NCBI GenBank assembly: GCA_965202625.1
Contig: CBDBBI010000010.1
Span: 2,016,001 to 2,080,000, forward strand
Length of the DNA: 64,000 nucleotides
Reading direction: 5' to 3'
DNA from: a bacterium
Lineage (GTDB): Bacteria; UBA8248
The notes below the pieces were generated by a model that saw only the letters and a list, made by a program, of their open reading frames with translations, did not search any database and was not told the DNA's origin. The position numbers were made by a program, and so were the translations under genes. Positions within the stretch are counted from its first letter, which is position 1, and each line of letters begins with the position of its first letter. Positions 9,552-17,469 of the stretch are shown piece after piece.

Positions 9552-10583
9552 GTGAGCGAGCCTTCCGTGGATGCGTTTGAATACTTCTTTGACAAGCCTT
9601 GGTCAGACGGCCTGCCAGTCATTCCCCCAACGGAGGAGCGCTTGGCGCTTATGCTGGCGGGTGCGCGCCGCGCTCCGGGCGACGTCATAGGCGACGTCCC
9701 TCCGTTGTTGGGGCAGGCGCGCGTCGAGACGATCGCGGTTCACGCCGTCATGGCGGGATGCAAACCAGAGTATATGCCTGTCCTCATCGCGGCGATGGAG
9801 GCCATTCTTGAGGAGAAATTCAACATGGGCGGCGTGCAGGCGACGCTCTCTTGCGCGGCCCCCCTTTTGATCGTGAATGGCCCCTACGCCAAACAAATCG
9901 GACTGAGCGGCGGACTTGGCTGTTTCGGCCCCGGCAATCGCGCAAATGCGACAATCGGTCGCGCCATCAGGCTTTTGCTTCTCAACACGGGTGGCGGAAT
10001 ACCGGGCATCACTTCCATGAGCACGTTCTCTCAGCCGGCGAGATTCACTTTCTGCATAGCGGAGAACGAGGAGGAAAGCCCTTGGGCGTCTTTTGCGGAG
10101 ACGAGAGGCTTTGACGCGAATGACAACGTTGTCACAGTGGTGAACGTAGAGGGCCCCTGCATGGTCTGGGACGACGTGAGCGACGACCCGGAACGAATGT
10201 TTCCCTCCATTGCGGACGCCATGTCGCATTTGGGAGCGTGGAATTGTTGGGCCAGCACGGATTTGGTGGTGGCGATGAGCCCGCAGCAAGCGGCGATTTG
10301 CGCCAAGAATGGATACTCAAAGGCCGACGTTCATAGGCGTCTTTGCGAAATTGCGGGCCGCACCGTGGGCACGCTCAAGACGGGAGGGCATTTCAGGGAA
10401 AACCGCATTCGGAGCTTCCCGATCCCCGTTGATCTGGATGATGAGGATGCGTTCGTGCCGACGATCAAGGAGGCCGAAAGACTGTTCTTGATCGTGGCGG
10501 GCGGAGTTCCGGGGCCGATGACGGCCGTGATGCACGGTTGGAACGGAAACAGCCGTTCCGTATCCCGGGCGTTTGCGTCCTGA
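9552..10583 (+). CDS. Uncharacterised UGSC-associated ~340-aa protein, paralogue 1
   Basis: PWSDGLPVIPPT, VHAVMAGCKPEY, LIVNGPY, GNRANATIGRAIRL, AENEEESPW motifs shared with the next three genes. Confidence 0.85.
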   Translation: MSEPSVDAFEYFFDKPWSDGLPVIPPTEERLALMLAGARRAPGDVIGDVPPLLGQARVETIAVHAVMAGCKPEYMPVLIAAMEAILEEKFNMGGVQATLSCAAPLLIVNGPYAKQIGLSGGLGCFGPGNRANATIGRAIRLLLLNTGGGIPGITSMSTFSQPARFTFCIAENEEESPWASFAETRGFDANDNVVTVVNVEGPCMVWDDVSDDPERMFPSIADAMSHLGAWNCWASTDLVVAMSPQQAAICAKNGYSKADVHRRLCEIAGRTVGTLKTGGHFRENRIRSFPIPVDLDDEDAFVPTIKEAERLFLIVAGGVPGPMTAVMHGWNGNSRSVSRAFAS

Positions 10584-10611
10584 CGTTGTCCACATATTTT
10601 CTGAGGGAGCG

Positions 10612-11646
10612 ATGGCTTTGAACGGCCCTCAGGACGAATTCGAGTTTTTCCTGGAAAAGCCGTGGTCGGATGGATTGCCCGTCGTCACCCCATCGCAAGA
10701 GCGCGTAGAGCGGATGCTCTCGGGGACGAAGAGGAATCCTGCCGAGGCGATAGGCCGCGTTCCTCCCGCCATGGGCGAGGCCACGGTCCACAGCGTGGCG
10801 GTTCATGCGGTGATGGCCGGTTGTAAGCCGGAGTATTTGCCGGTCGTTCTCGGCGCAGTTTCCCTCATGCTTCGTGATGCGTTCAACGTGAACGGCGTGC
10901 AAGGCACGATGCACGGCGTAGCGCCCCTTATGATCGTCAATGGCCCCTATTCGCAGAAGATCGGCATTCACGGAGGCAATGGTTGCTTTGGCCCCGGTTT
11001 TCGGGCGAACGCCTCCATCGGCCGCGCCATTCGCCTGATCTTGATGAACCTGGGCGGGGGCATACCGGGCGTCTCTTCGATGACGATTTTCGGCACCCCG
11101 CTGCGTTATACCGCGTGCGTCACGGAGAACGTAAAGTTTCACCCCTGGAAGACGCTCGCGGCATCCAGGGGATACGGGGCGGATGAAAACGTGATCACCA
11201 TGGCCATGGTGGAAAGCCCGCGCCTGACCTTTGATGACGTCAGCGAGGAGCCCGAGCGTCTGCTCAGGGGCATCGCGGATGCGATGACGGGCCTGGGCTC
11301 CTGGAACATGCACGCGCCCAGGACGGATATGGTCGTCGCCATGAATCCCCAGCACGCGAAAATTTGCTCTGATGGCGGGCTTTCGCGCGCGGACGCGCAT
11401 CGGCGTCTATGCGCGCTGGCGGGCCGCAAGGTGAAGGAGCTCAAGCGCGGCGGCAACTGGCGACGCGCGCGCGCCCTGGATATGAAAATTGACGTGGACC
11501 CCGACGATGATGAGTGTTTCGTCCCCGTCATCAAAGACCCGAGCGACCTCCATCTTATCGTCGCCGGCGGCTGGGGTTCGGGCAGCGCGGTTTGCCATGG
11601 GTGGAGCGGCGGCAGTCGCGCCGTTCATGGGGCGTATGCGGTTTGA
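10612..11646 (+). CDS. Uncharacterised UGSC-associated protein, paralogue 2
   Basis: Same motif set; GAGGGAG RBS before ATG 10612. Confidence 0.85.
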   Translation: MALNGPQDEFEFFLEKPWSDGLPVVTPSQERVERMLSGTKRNPAEAIGRVPPAMGEATVHSVAVHAVMAGCKPEYLPVVLGAVSLMLRDAFNVNGVQGTMHGVAPLMIVNGPYSQKIGIHGGNGCFGPGFRANASIGRAIRLILMNLGGGIPGVSSMTIFGTPLRYTACVTENVKFHPWKTLAASRGYGADENVITMAMVESPRLTFDDVSEEPERLLRGIADAMTGLGSWNMHAPRTDMVVAMNPQHAKICSDGGLSRADAHRRLCALAGRKVKELKRGGNWRRARALDMKIDVDPDDDECFVPVIKDPSDLHLIVAGGWGSGSAVCHGWSGGSRAVHGAYAV

Positions 11647-11687
11647 CGCCTGGCGCGCCATGCGCGACGAAACGAAGTCGTATCTCC

Positions 11688-12704
11688 ATGGATGAGTTCG
11701 AGTTTTTCTTTCAAAAACCCTGGTCGGATGGCCTTCCGGTGGTTCCGCCTACCCGAGAACGCATGGCCGCCATGCTCTCGGGCGCGAGGTTGCGCGAGGC
11801 CGAGGTCATCGGTCTGGTGCCGCCCCTCATGGGGGAGGCGACCGTCGGGGCGGTTGCCGCACACGCGGTGATGGCGGGGTGCGCGCCCTCGTTTTTACCC
11901 CTCGTCATCGCAGGTCTCGAAGCCCTTCTCGCACCGAACCTCAACCTGAACGGCGTCCAGGGAACGATGCACGGTGCGGCACCCTTGCTTATCGTGAACG
12001 GACCGTATGCGCGGAAAATCGGTCTGCATGGCGGCACGGGATGCTTTGGCCCGGGCTTTCGTGCGAACGCGGCCATCGGCCGCTCCCTCCGCCTCATTCT
12101 CATGAACCTGGGCGGCGGCGTGCCGGCTTCCGCCTCCATGAGCACGTTCGGCTCGCCCGCCAGATATACGTTTTGCGTCGCCGAGAACGAGGCGGAAAGC
12201 CCCTGGGCACCGCTTTCCGTCACGAGAGGATTTCGTCGTGACGACGACGTCGTGACGGCCGTGATGGTGGAGGCACCCCAAGGTTACATCGACGATTATT
12301 CAAAAGAGCCGGAATCTTTTTTCGTGGGCCTGGCGGATAAAATATCCACGTTGGGCGCGCTCAACGTTTGGCTGAAGACCCAGGTCGTCGTCGCCCTGGG
12401 GCCGGATCATGCGCGGATGTGCGCGCGCGCGGGACTTGGCAAAGAAGACGTTCGCCGCAGAATGATGGCACTTGCGCGCAGACCTCTGGGGGAGCTCAAA
12501 AAATCGGGTTACTGGCGTGAGGAGATGGTGGCCAAATGGCCGTTTGACGCAGATCCGCAAGACGATTCGTTCATGGTTCCGGCTATCAAGGATGAAGACG
12601 ACCTCATCCTTGTCGTGGCGGGCGGAACTCCCGGCCCCGTGACGGCCGTCATGCCCGGCTGGGTGGACGGCAGCACGGCGGTCTCCATGGGTTATCGCGC
12701 ATGA
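11688..12704 (+). CDS. Uncharacterised UGSC-associated protein, paralogue 3
   Basis: Same motif set; start MDEFEFFF chosen by alignment to the paralogues. Confidence 0.85.
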   Translation: MDEFEFFFQKPWSDGLPVVPPTRERMAAMLSGARLREAEVIGLVPPLMGEATVGAVAAHAVMAGCAPSFLPLVIAGLEALLAPNLNLNGVQGTMHGAAPLLIVNGPYARKIGLHGGTGCFGPGFRANAAIGRSLRLILMNLGGGVPASASMSTFGSPARYTFCVAENEAESPWAPLSVTRGFRRDDDVVTAVMVEAPQGYIDDYSKEPESFFVGLADKISTLGALNVWLKTQVVVALGPDHARMCARAGLGKEDVRRRMMALARRPLGELKKSGYWREEMVAKWPFDADPQDDSFMVPAIKDEDDLILVVAGGTPGPVTAVMPGWVDGSTAVSMGYRA

Positions 12705-12741
12705 ATCGGGGACGTTTCAGACGGGGGATACTTTTGGAGGC

Positions 12742-13767
12742 GTGCGCATGGATGGGTTCGAGTTTTTCTTTGAGAAGGAATGGTCGGACGGATTGCCCGT
12801 GGTGCCGCCGACCGAAGAGAGAGTCGCTTGGATGCTCTCTGGAACCACGCGGGCACCAGACGAGGTCATAGGCTACGTCGCTCCGGCGGGGGGTGCGCTC
12901 AGCGTCCACGGCGCGGCGGTCCACGCCGTGATGGCGGGGTGCAAGCCTGCGTATATGCCGGTGTTGACGGCGGGTCTGGAGGCGCTTCTTGATGCGCGTT
13001 TCAACGTCAATCTCATTCAGGCCACGACGAGTGCTGGTGCTCCTTTCATGTTGGTGAACGGCCCCTACGCCAAGGAAATCGGGCTGCACGGCGGAGTGGG
13101 CTGCATGGGTCCCGGCTTTCGCGCGAATCTCACCATCGGCCGCGCCGTGAGGCTCATCATGATGAACGTAGGCGGCGGCATCCCTGGCATCACCTGTCTC
13201 GGTGGTTTCGGAGGTCCCTGGCGCACCACTTTTTGCATCATGGAGAACGAGGAGGAGTCGCCTTGGGAGTCGTATGCGGAATCAAAGGGGTTTTCGGGGG
13301 ACGACAACGTGGTGAGCATGATTCCCCTTGAGGGGCCGGCGCAGGTATGGGACGACGCGAGCCTGACTCCCCAGCGATTGCTCACGACCGTGGCCGACAT
13401 GATGTCCGCTTTGGGCGGACCCAACATGTATCGGCAAGCGGATATGGCGGTTGTCCTGGGCGCGCAACATGCGCATCTTTGCGCCGACGCCGGCCTCGGC
13501 CGCGCCGACGTTCACCAAAAATTGCTGGAGATGGGCGGTCGCACCGTTCGGGATATCAAACGCGGCGGCATCTGGCGCGACGAGAAGGGCGCGAATCGTT
13601 GGCCGTTTCCCGTGGACGTGAACGATGACGATTTTTTCGTGCCCGCCGTTGGCGATCCCGACGATCTGCATTTGATCGTCGCCGGAAGCAGGGGTTCGCC
13701 CTCCAGCATGGTGATGCACGGAATTACAGTGGCGTGCCGGGCGGTGACAAAGAAATTTGACGTGTGA
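12742..13767 (+). CDS. Uncharacterised UGSC-associated protein, paralogue 4
   Basis: Same motif set; GGAGG RBS just upstream. Confidence 0.85.
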   Translation: MRMDGFEFFFEKEWSDGLPVVPPTEERVAWMLSGTTRAPDEVIGYVAPAGGALSVHGAAVHAVMAGCKPAYMPVLTAGLEALLDARFNVNLIQATTSAGAPFMLVNGPYAKEIGLHGGVGCMGPGFRANLTIGRAVRLIMMNVGGGIPGITCLGGFGGPWRTTFCIMENEEESPWESYAESKGFSGDDNVVSMIPLEGPAQVWDDASLTPQRLLTTVADMMSALGGPNMYRQADMAVVLGAQHAHLCADAGLGRADVHQKLLEMGGRTVRDIKRGGIWRDEKGANRWPFPVDVNDDDFFVPAVGDPDDLHLIVAGSRGSPSSMVMHGITVACRAVTKKFDV

Positions 13768-13790
13768 GCACCCGCCTTCCGGCAGGCAAT

Positions 13791-13821
13791 GAGGCGTGAA
13801 GCCTCCGGATTTCCACGCCTC
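13791..13821. terminator. Hairpin after the paralogue array (possible terminator)
   Basis: GAGGCGTG...CACGCCTC inverted repeat; no clear U-tract. Confidence 0.35.
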
Positions 13822-14099
13822 TACTTCCCCTTCAAAACTGACAACCTCACAACCTTGACGGTCATAGGTCCAAAGCCTGTTCCCGCAACCACGCCAAACC
13901 ACTGAAAAATCTGGTATTTTTGATTTTTGGCGACATCTATTAGAAATCACCGGGATTCAGAAAAACCACCGGAACAAACATTCAATGTTGTAATTTTAGG
14001 GATCGCGTAGAGAGGTACCTGGCAATGTGTTCGTACTGAACTTCCACGATTTCCATCCGCGAACGATTACGTGATTTTAACAATTAGCGCTAACAGGCC

Positions 14100-15341
14100 C
14101 TATTCCTCGTCTGAGGGTTGCCACTCGATATCCGAATCCTCTTCAAGGGCGTAGGAAAAATCTTTCACCTCCGTTTCCGGCTGGTAGTCCGGGTACAGTC
14201 GGTGCAAGTCCCACTCGTTGATCGCGGTGCGGATCTTGTGGCGCATTCGACGATGAATGCCGGCACCCGCGACGACCTGTGGTGCCGGTGGCCGCGCACC
14301 GTAAGCCTGCTCATAGATGCCGCGCAACTTTTCCAGCACCGCAACGAGCTCGTCATCACCCGGTTGCTCCAGGATGACGCATTCGCGTTCCAGTAGCTGC
14401 ATACCAATTTCGGCCTGTTCGACAATGCCTTTGTATCGGCTCTGCCCTAGCCTCAATCCTATCTTGTCCTTGTCACGCTTATGTCCGTCGGGGTTGATGA
14501 CATGGAAGGCGAAATCGTCCGTCACCGCACCGACCACGACCAAGCCAGGTAAGGCCTCGTCCGCGACGCGTCCCATCCAGCGCGCAAGCTCTGCATAGGC
14601 GCGACCCCGTTGCAAGATCGAATAAGAAGCGACCAGTTCAATCTCGTCGAGAAGAACGACCCAACCTCGATAACCAGCGGCCTTGATAAGCTCGACGACA
14701 AAGCGCAGCCGCTTCGGGGGCAACTCCGCCGCCCTTGGTGCGGAAAATGGATAGTATTCGGCTTTGTGGATTTCCTTCAAACCTCTGCGGAGATTCGCTA
14801 CTGCCATACGATCGCCGGACCAGAAGGCTTCGATTTCCTCTTCAAGACTGAAATCATCGTTGTCTTGATGCACGATGAGGCTCGCTGGGAATATTGGATG
14901 CAGGTCTCCGCGCGACGCGGCATCGTGGACCCATTGGATGAACACTTCATACCGCTCCGAGGATGGATTCAACCGCAAGCTCAACTCTTCCATCAACCGC
15001 CCGTCGTGTCCGGGCAACCTGCCGCTCTCCATAGCGGCGGCAAACACCTTCTCTAGGTTGTAAAGTGGCGTCTCCTTGCTGATCGCCACCCTACTGCACA
15101 CGAAGTCTTCGGCCAACGCCCGCTGTTCCAGATGCGACAAAAGGTGCGATTTGCCGGTTCCAAAGCCGCCTGAAACCAGCATCGCCCGCGAATTCCCAGT
15201 ATCCCCTGGGACCTCCGCCAACATATGTGCAAAACGTTCTTCCACCTCCGGCTGATTACAGCCCAATTCGCGCACCGCATCTCGGTTGGGTACGCCGTTG
15301 CGCAACGCCTCCACCGCCTGCCGGGCAGCGACCTCTGGCAT
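14100..15341 (-). CDS. DUF2791/BrxD-type P-loop ATPase
   Basis: N-terminal EALRNGVP, Walker A GGFGTGKSHLL, Walker B WVVLLDEIE, typical of BrxD-like ATPases. Confidence 0.8.
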   Translation of the reverse strand: MPEVAARQAVEALRNGVPNRDAVRELGCNQPEVEERFAHMLAEVPGDTGNSRAMLVSGGFGTGKSHLLSHLEQRALAEDFVCSRVAISKETPLYNLEKVFAAAMESGRLPGHDGRLMEELSLRLNPSSERYEVFIQWVHDAASRGDLHPIFPASLIVHQDNDDFSLEEEIEAFWSGDRMAVANLRRGLKEIHKAEYYPFSAPRAAELPPKRLRFVVELIKAAGYRGWVVLLDEIELVASYSILQRGRAYAELARWMGRVADEALPGLVVVGAVTDDFAFHVINPDGHKRDKDKIGLRLGQSRYKGIVEQAEIGMQLLERECVILEQPGDDELVAVLEKLRGIYEQAYGARPPAPQVVAGAGIHRRMRHKIRTAINEWDLHRLYPDYQPETEVKDFSYALEEDSDIEWQPSDEE

Positions 15342-15353
15342 AGCATCTTCTCC

Positions 15354-16310
15354 TTAGCTCAACCGCACTAAAGCCGAGACTGGATTGACAATATTCCGGT
15401 CTCGCACATCGTCCATTATTCTCACCTTCAATGCTTCGTATATCCCCCAATCCCTTCCCGATTCCTGCTCAAAGAACTGATAGTTGGTCCTCACTATGAG
15501 CAATGTTCCTGTTAGTAGATCTGTGTCGTCGATGATCTCTCGTAACAGTTGATAGTGATCCATAGTCATCGCCCTGTTGTAATAGTGCTGTCCGTCCTTC
15601 GGGTTGCGGGCGACTGTCAATCGCGCATTGTCGAGCATGACCACCGTGCCCGACCATCCCGCCTGCTGCACCCAATAAAAGATCGACCTGAGGAAGTATC
15701 GCGCCGTGGCACGGTTGATTGTTGTGCAAATCTGAAACGTTCTGACTCTGCCAATTCTTGGGTCGGTACCATTGAGCCAATCTATGACTGGCTGGCGTGT
15801 TGTCCTTCCCGCTGCTGAACTATCAGCCTGCTCCAGGCAAATTTGGGTCATAGCTATCCGAAACGCTTTCACCATGTTTTTGTTCTTCGTGACTTCCTTT
15901 TCAATTTTTTGCCTCAATCCAAGAAGGACCGATCTATGTTCCAAGCCGTTAAGTTGTGCTACGGCATCAATAACGTTTTCTACTGTTCCCGGATCAATGT
16001 CTTTGATTTGATAATTCAATGACTCCAGAGAGCGCAACATAAATTGGCGGGCAAGGAGCCGCCAATCGATCTGTGCTGCAATGCCGAAGAAGATTTTCTG
16101 TGGCATGTGGACGCGATGTTCCTCAGCGTCCAGATTCAGGAAAATATAGCCTTCCTTCTCGCAACACGACCTCAAGGTTTCCAACAATTCCCATTTCCGG
16201 TCATCATCAATAACCGAGAATTTTACTGCCGCGCCACCATCCTTGACGAAGGTAGATAGATATTCTTGCTTAAGAATGTCCATCCATTCCGCAATGGCAA
16301 TGTTCGTCAC
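15354..16310 (-). CDS. DUF2791-like protein with degenerate P-loop
   Basis: GGAAVKF strand followed by no GxxxxGK; WSGTVVMLDN in place of LLDE; YQLLREIIDD and IYEALKVRI segments resemble the BrxD-like C-terminal region. Confidence 0.65.
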   Translation of the reverse strand: MTNIAIAEWMDILKQEYLSTFVKDGGAAVKFSVIDDDRKWELLETLRSCCEKEGYIFLNLDAEEHRVHMPQKIFFGIAAQIDWRLLARQFMLRSLESLNYQIKDIDPGTVENVIDAVAQLNGLEHRSVLLGLRQKIEKEVTKNKNMVKAFRIAMTQICLEQADSSAAGRTTRQPVIDWLNGTDPRIGRVRTFQICTTINRATARYFLRSIFYWVQQAGWSGTVVMLDNARLTVARNPKDGQHYYNRAMTMDHYQLLREIIDDTDLLTGTLLIVRTNYQFFEQESGRDWGIYEALKVRIMDDVRDRNIVNPVSALVRLS

Positions 16311-17119
16311 GAAGGATTCTTCCTAAAACTAATCCCGCAATATTTTACATTATTTCCACTTGGGTCGGTAAAAAACAGTAAGTTTTTTGATGGCTGCCTA
16401 GTTCCGGTGGACGACGGAAAGGAGACGGCAGCCCCATCTCTGGTCTCTCGGGGGCCGTCGCGGTCGAGTAAATACACATCCCGAGCGAAGTCCTGTTGTG
16501 TATAGTCCACCGCACTGCCTGGTAGAGCGGTTATGAGCTTGTATATCCTGATTAACAGAATGATCCGCCCGGCATTCAGTGGACCATTCGGCGCATTAGA
16601 GGTGATGTCTTTGTAGACTCTGTAAAGCGTCTCGATAAACTGCTTCGGCTTGAAGCCACTCTGTCTGTTCTGATTGTGAATGAGAAAATTAACAAGATGG
16701 GATGGCCTTATATCCGAAACTTTTTTTCTGTCGACCTGCACAGCCCGATCCTTCGGGACGATCTTGACGACAGAGGGATAGGAAACTAGGATTCGATCCT
16801 GTTTATGAATGTTCAAACGTTTCTTTTGGGCCACTTGTAGAAGCTCGTTTATATACCTGTCCCTGAGAAACTGAACCTCTTCTTCTTGCGAAAATGGCCA
16901 GAAGGAGGTGATGGAAAAGTCTTCCCGTTGCAGCGCGGCCAAAGCCTCCCCGATCTTTTCCTGCTCGCGCCTAATGGTTGCAATCCGGCCCGTGTGAGCA
17001 GCTTTCTTGAGTGCCCTTGCCCTCGCCGCCAATTCCTTCGCGGCTTGCAACGCTGCCTCGGCGGCACGTTCTGTGTCAGCGCAGGCTTTTTCGAAACTTG
17101 TCATCTCAACTGATCCCAA
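16307..17119 (-). CDS. Hypothetical protein with N-terminal coiled coil, first gene of the DUF2791 module
   Basis: GGAGG RBS; Ala/Lys/Arg heptad-rich N-terminus; GTGA overlap with the next gene. Confidence 0.75.
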   Translation of the reverse strand: MGSVEMTSFEKACADTERAAEAALQAAKELAARARALKKAAHTGRIATIRREQEKIGEALAALQREDFSITSFWPFSQEEEVQFLRDRYINELLQVAQKKRLNIHKQDRILVSYPSVVKIVPKDRAVQVDRKKVSDIRPSHLVNFLIHNQNRQSGFKPKQFIETLYRVYKDITSNAPNGPLNAGRIILLIRIYKLITALPGSAVDYTQQDFARDVYLLDRDGPRETRDGAAVSFPSSTGTRQPSKNLLFFTDPSGNNVKYCGISFRKNPS

Positions 17120-17429
17120 CTGATCCCTCCAAGGACTCTCCAGGAAGAGTCATGCTAAACATCCATCCGGTCGTTCGTCAAGTTTGGCGCGGGTCAGGGA
17201 CAGAGTTATTGCATTTGGCCTATGATCGACCTTGTGAGGGCATCGGAGTTTCCGATGTGTAGATGCTTTCGATGAACGGAGATACCGGGGAGATCGACGT
17301 AACCTTATGGTGCCACTCCCGGACGTTTTGTCCCCCATGATTTGCCCATCGCATGTTGTTCCTTTCACGGAAGTTAAGGGATGGAATTGCTTACATGCCA
17401 TCGCCGTTTCGGGGTGGTTCCGGATGAGG

Positions 17430-17460
17430 AAGCCCCGGCAAGATGCCGGGGCTTTGCTTT
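17430..17460. terminator. Intrinsic terminator hairpin downstream of the molybdoenzyme gene
   Basis: AAGCCCCGGCA-AGA-TGCCGGGGCTT perfect stem just past the stop at 17470. Confidence 0.75.
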
Positions 17461-17469
17461 TCCTGGACG

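Noticed and set aside
14100-17119. Calling the DUF2791 module a BREX system
   Set aside because: No pglX, pglZ, brxC, brxL or helicase gene in the window
17107-17127. Tandem 10-bp duplication CAACTGATCC at the start of the island's first gene
   Set aside because: Only two copies, probably local slippage; no matching copy at the other island boundary, so not an att site or target duplication
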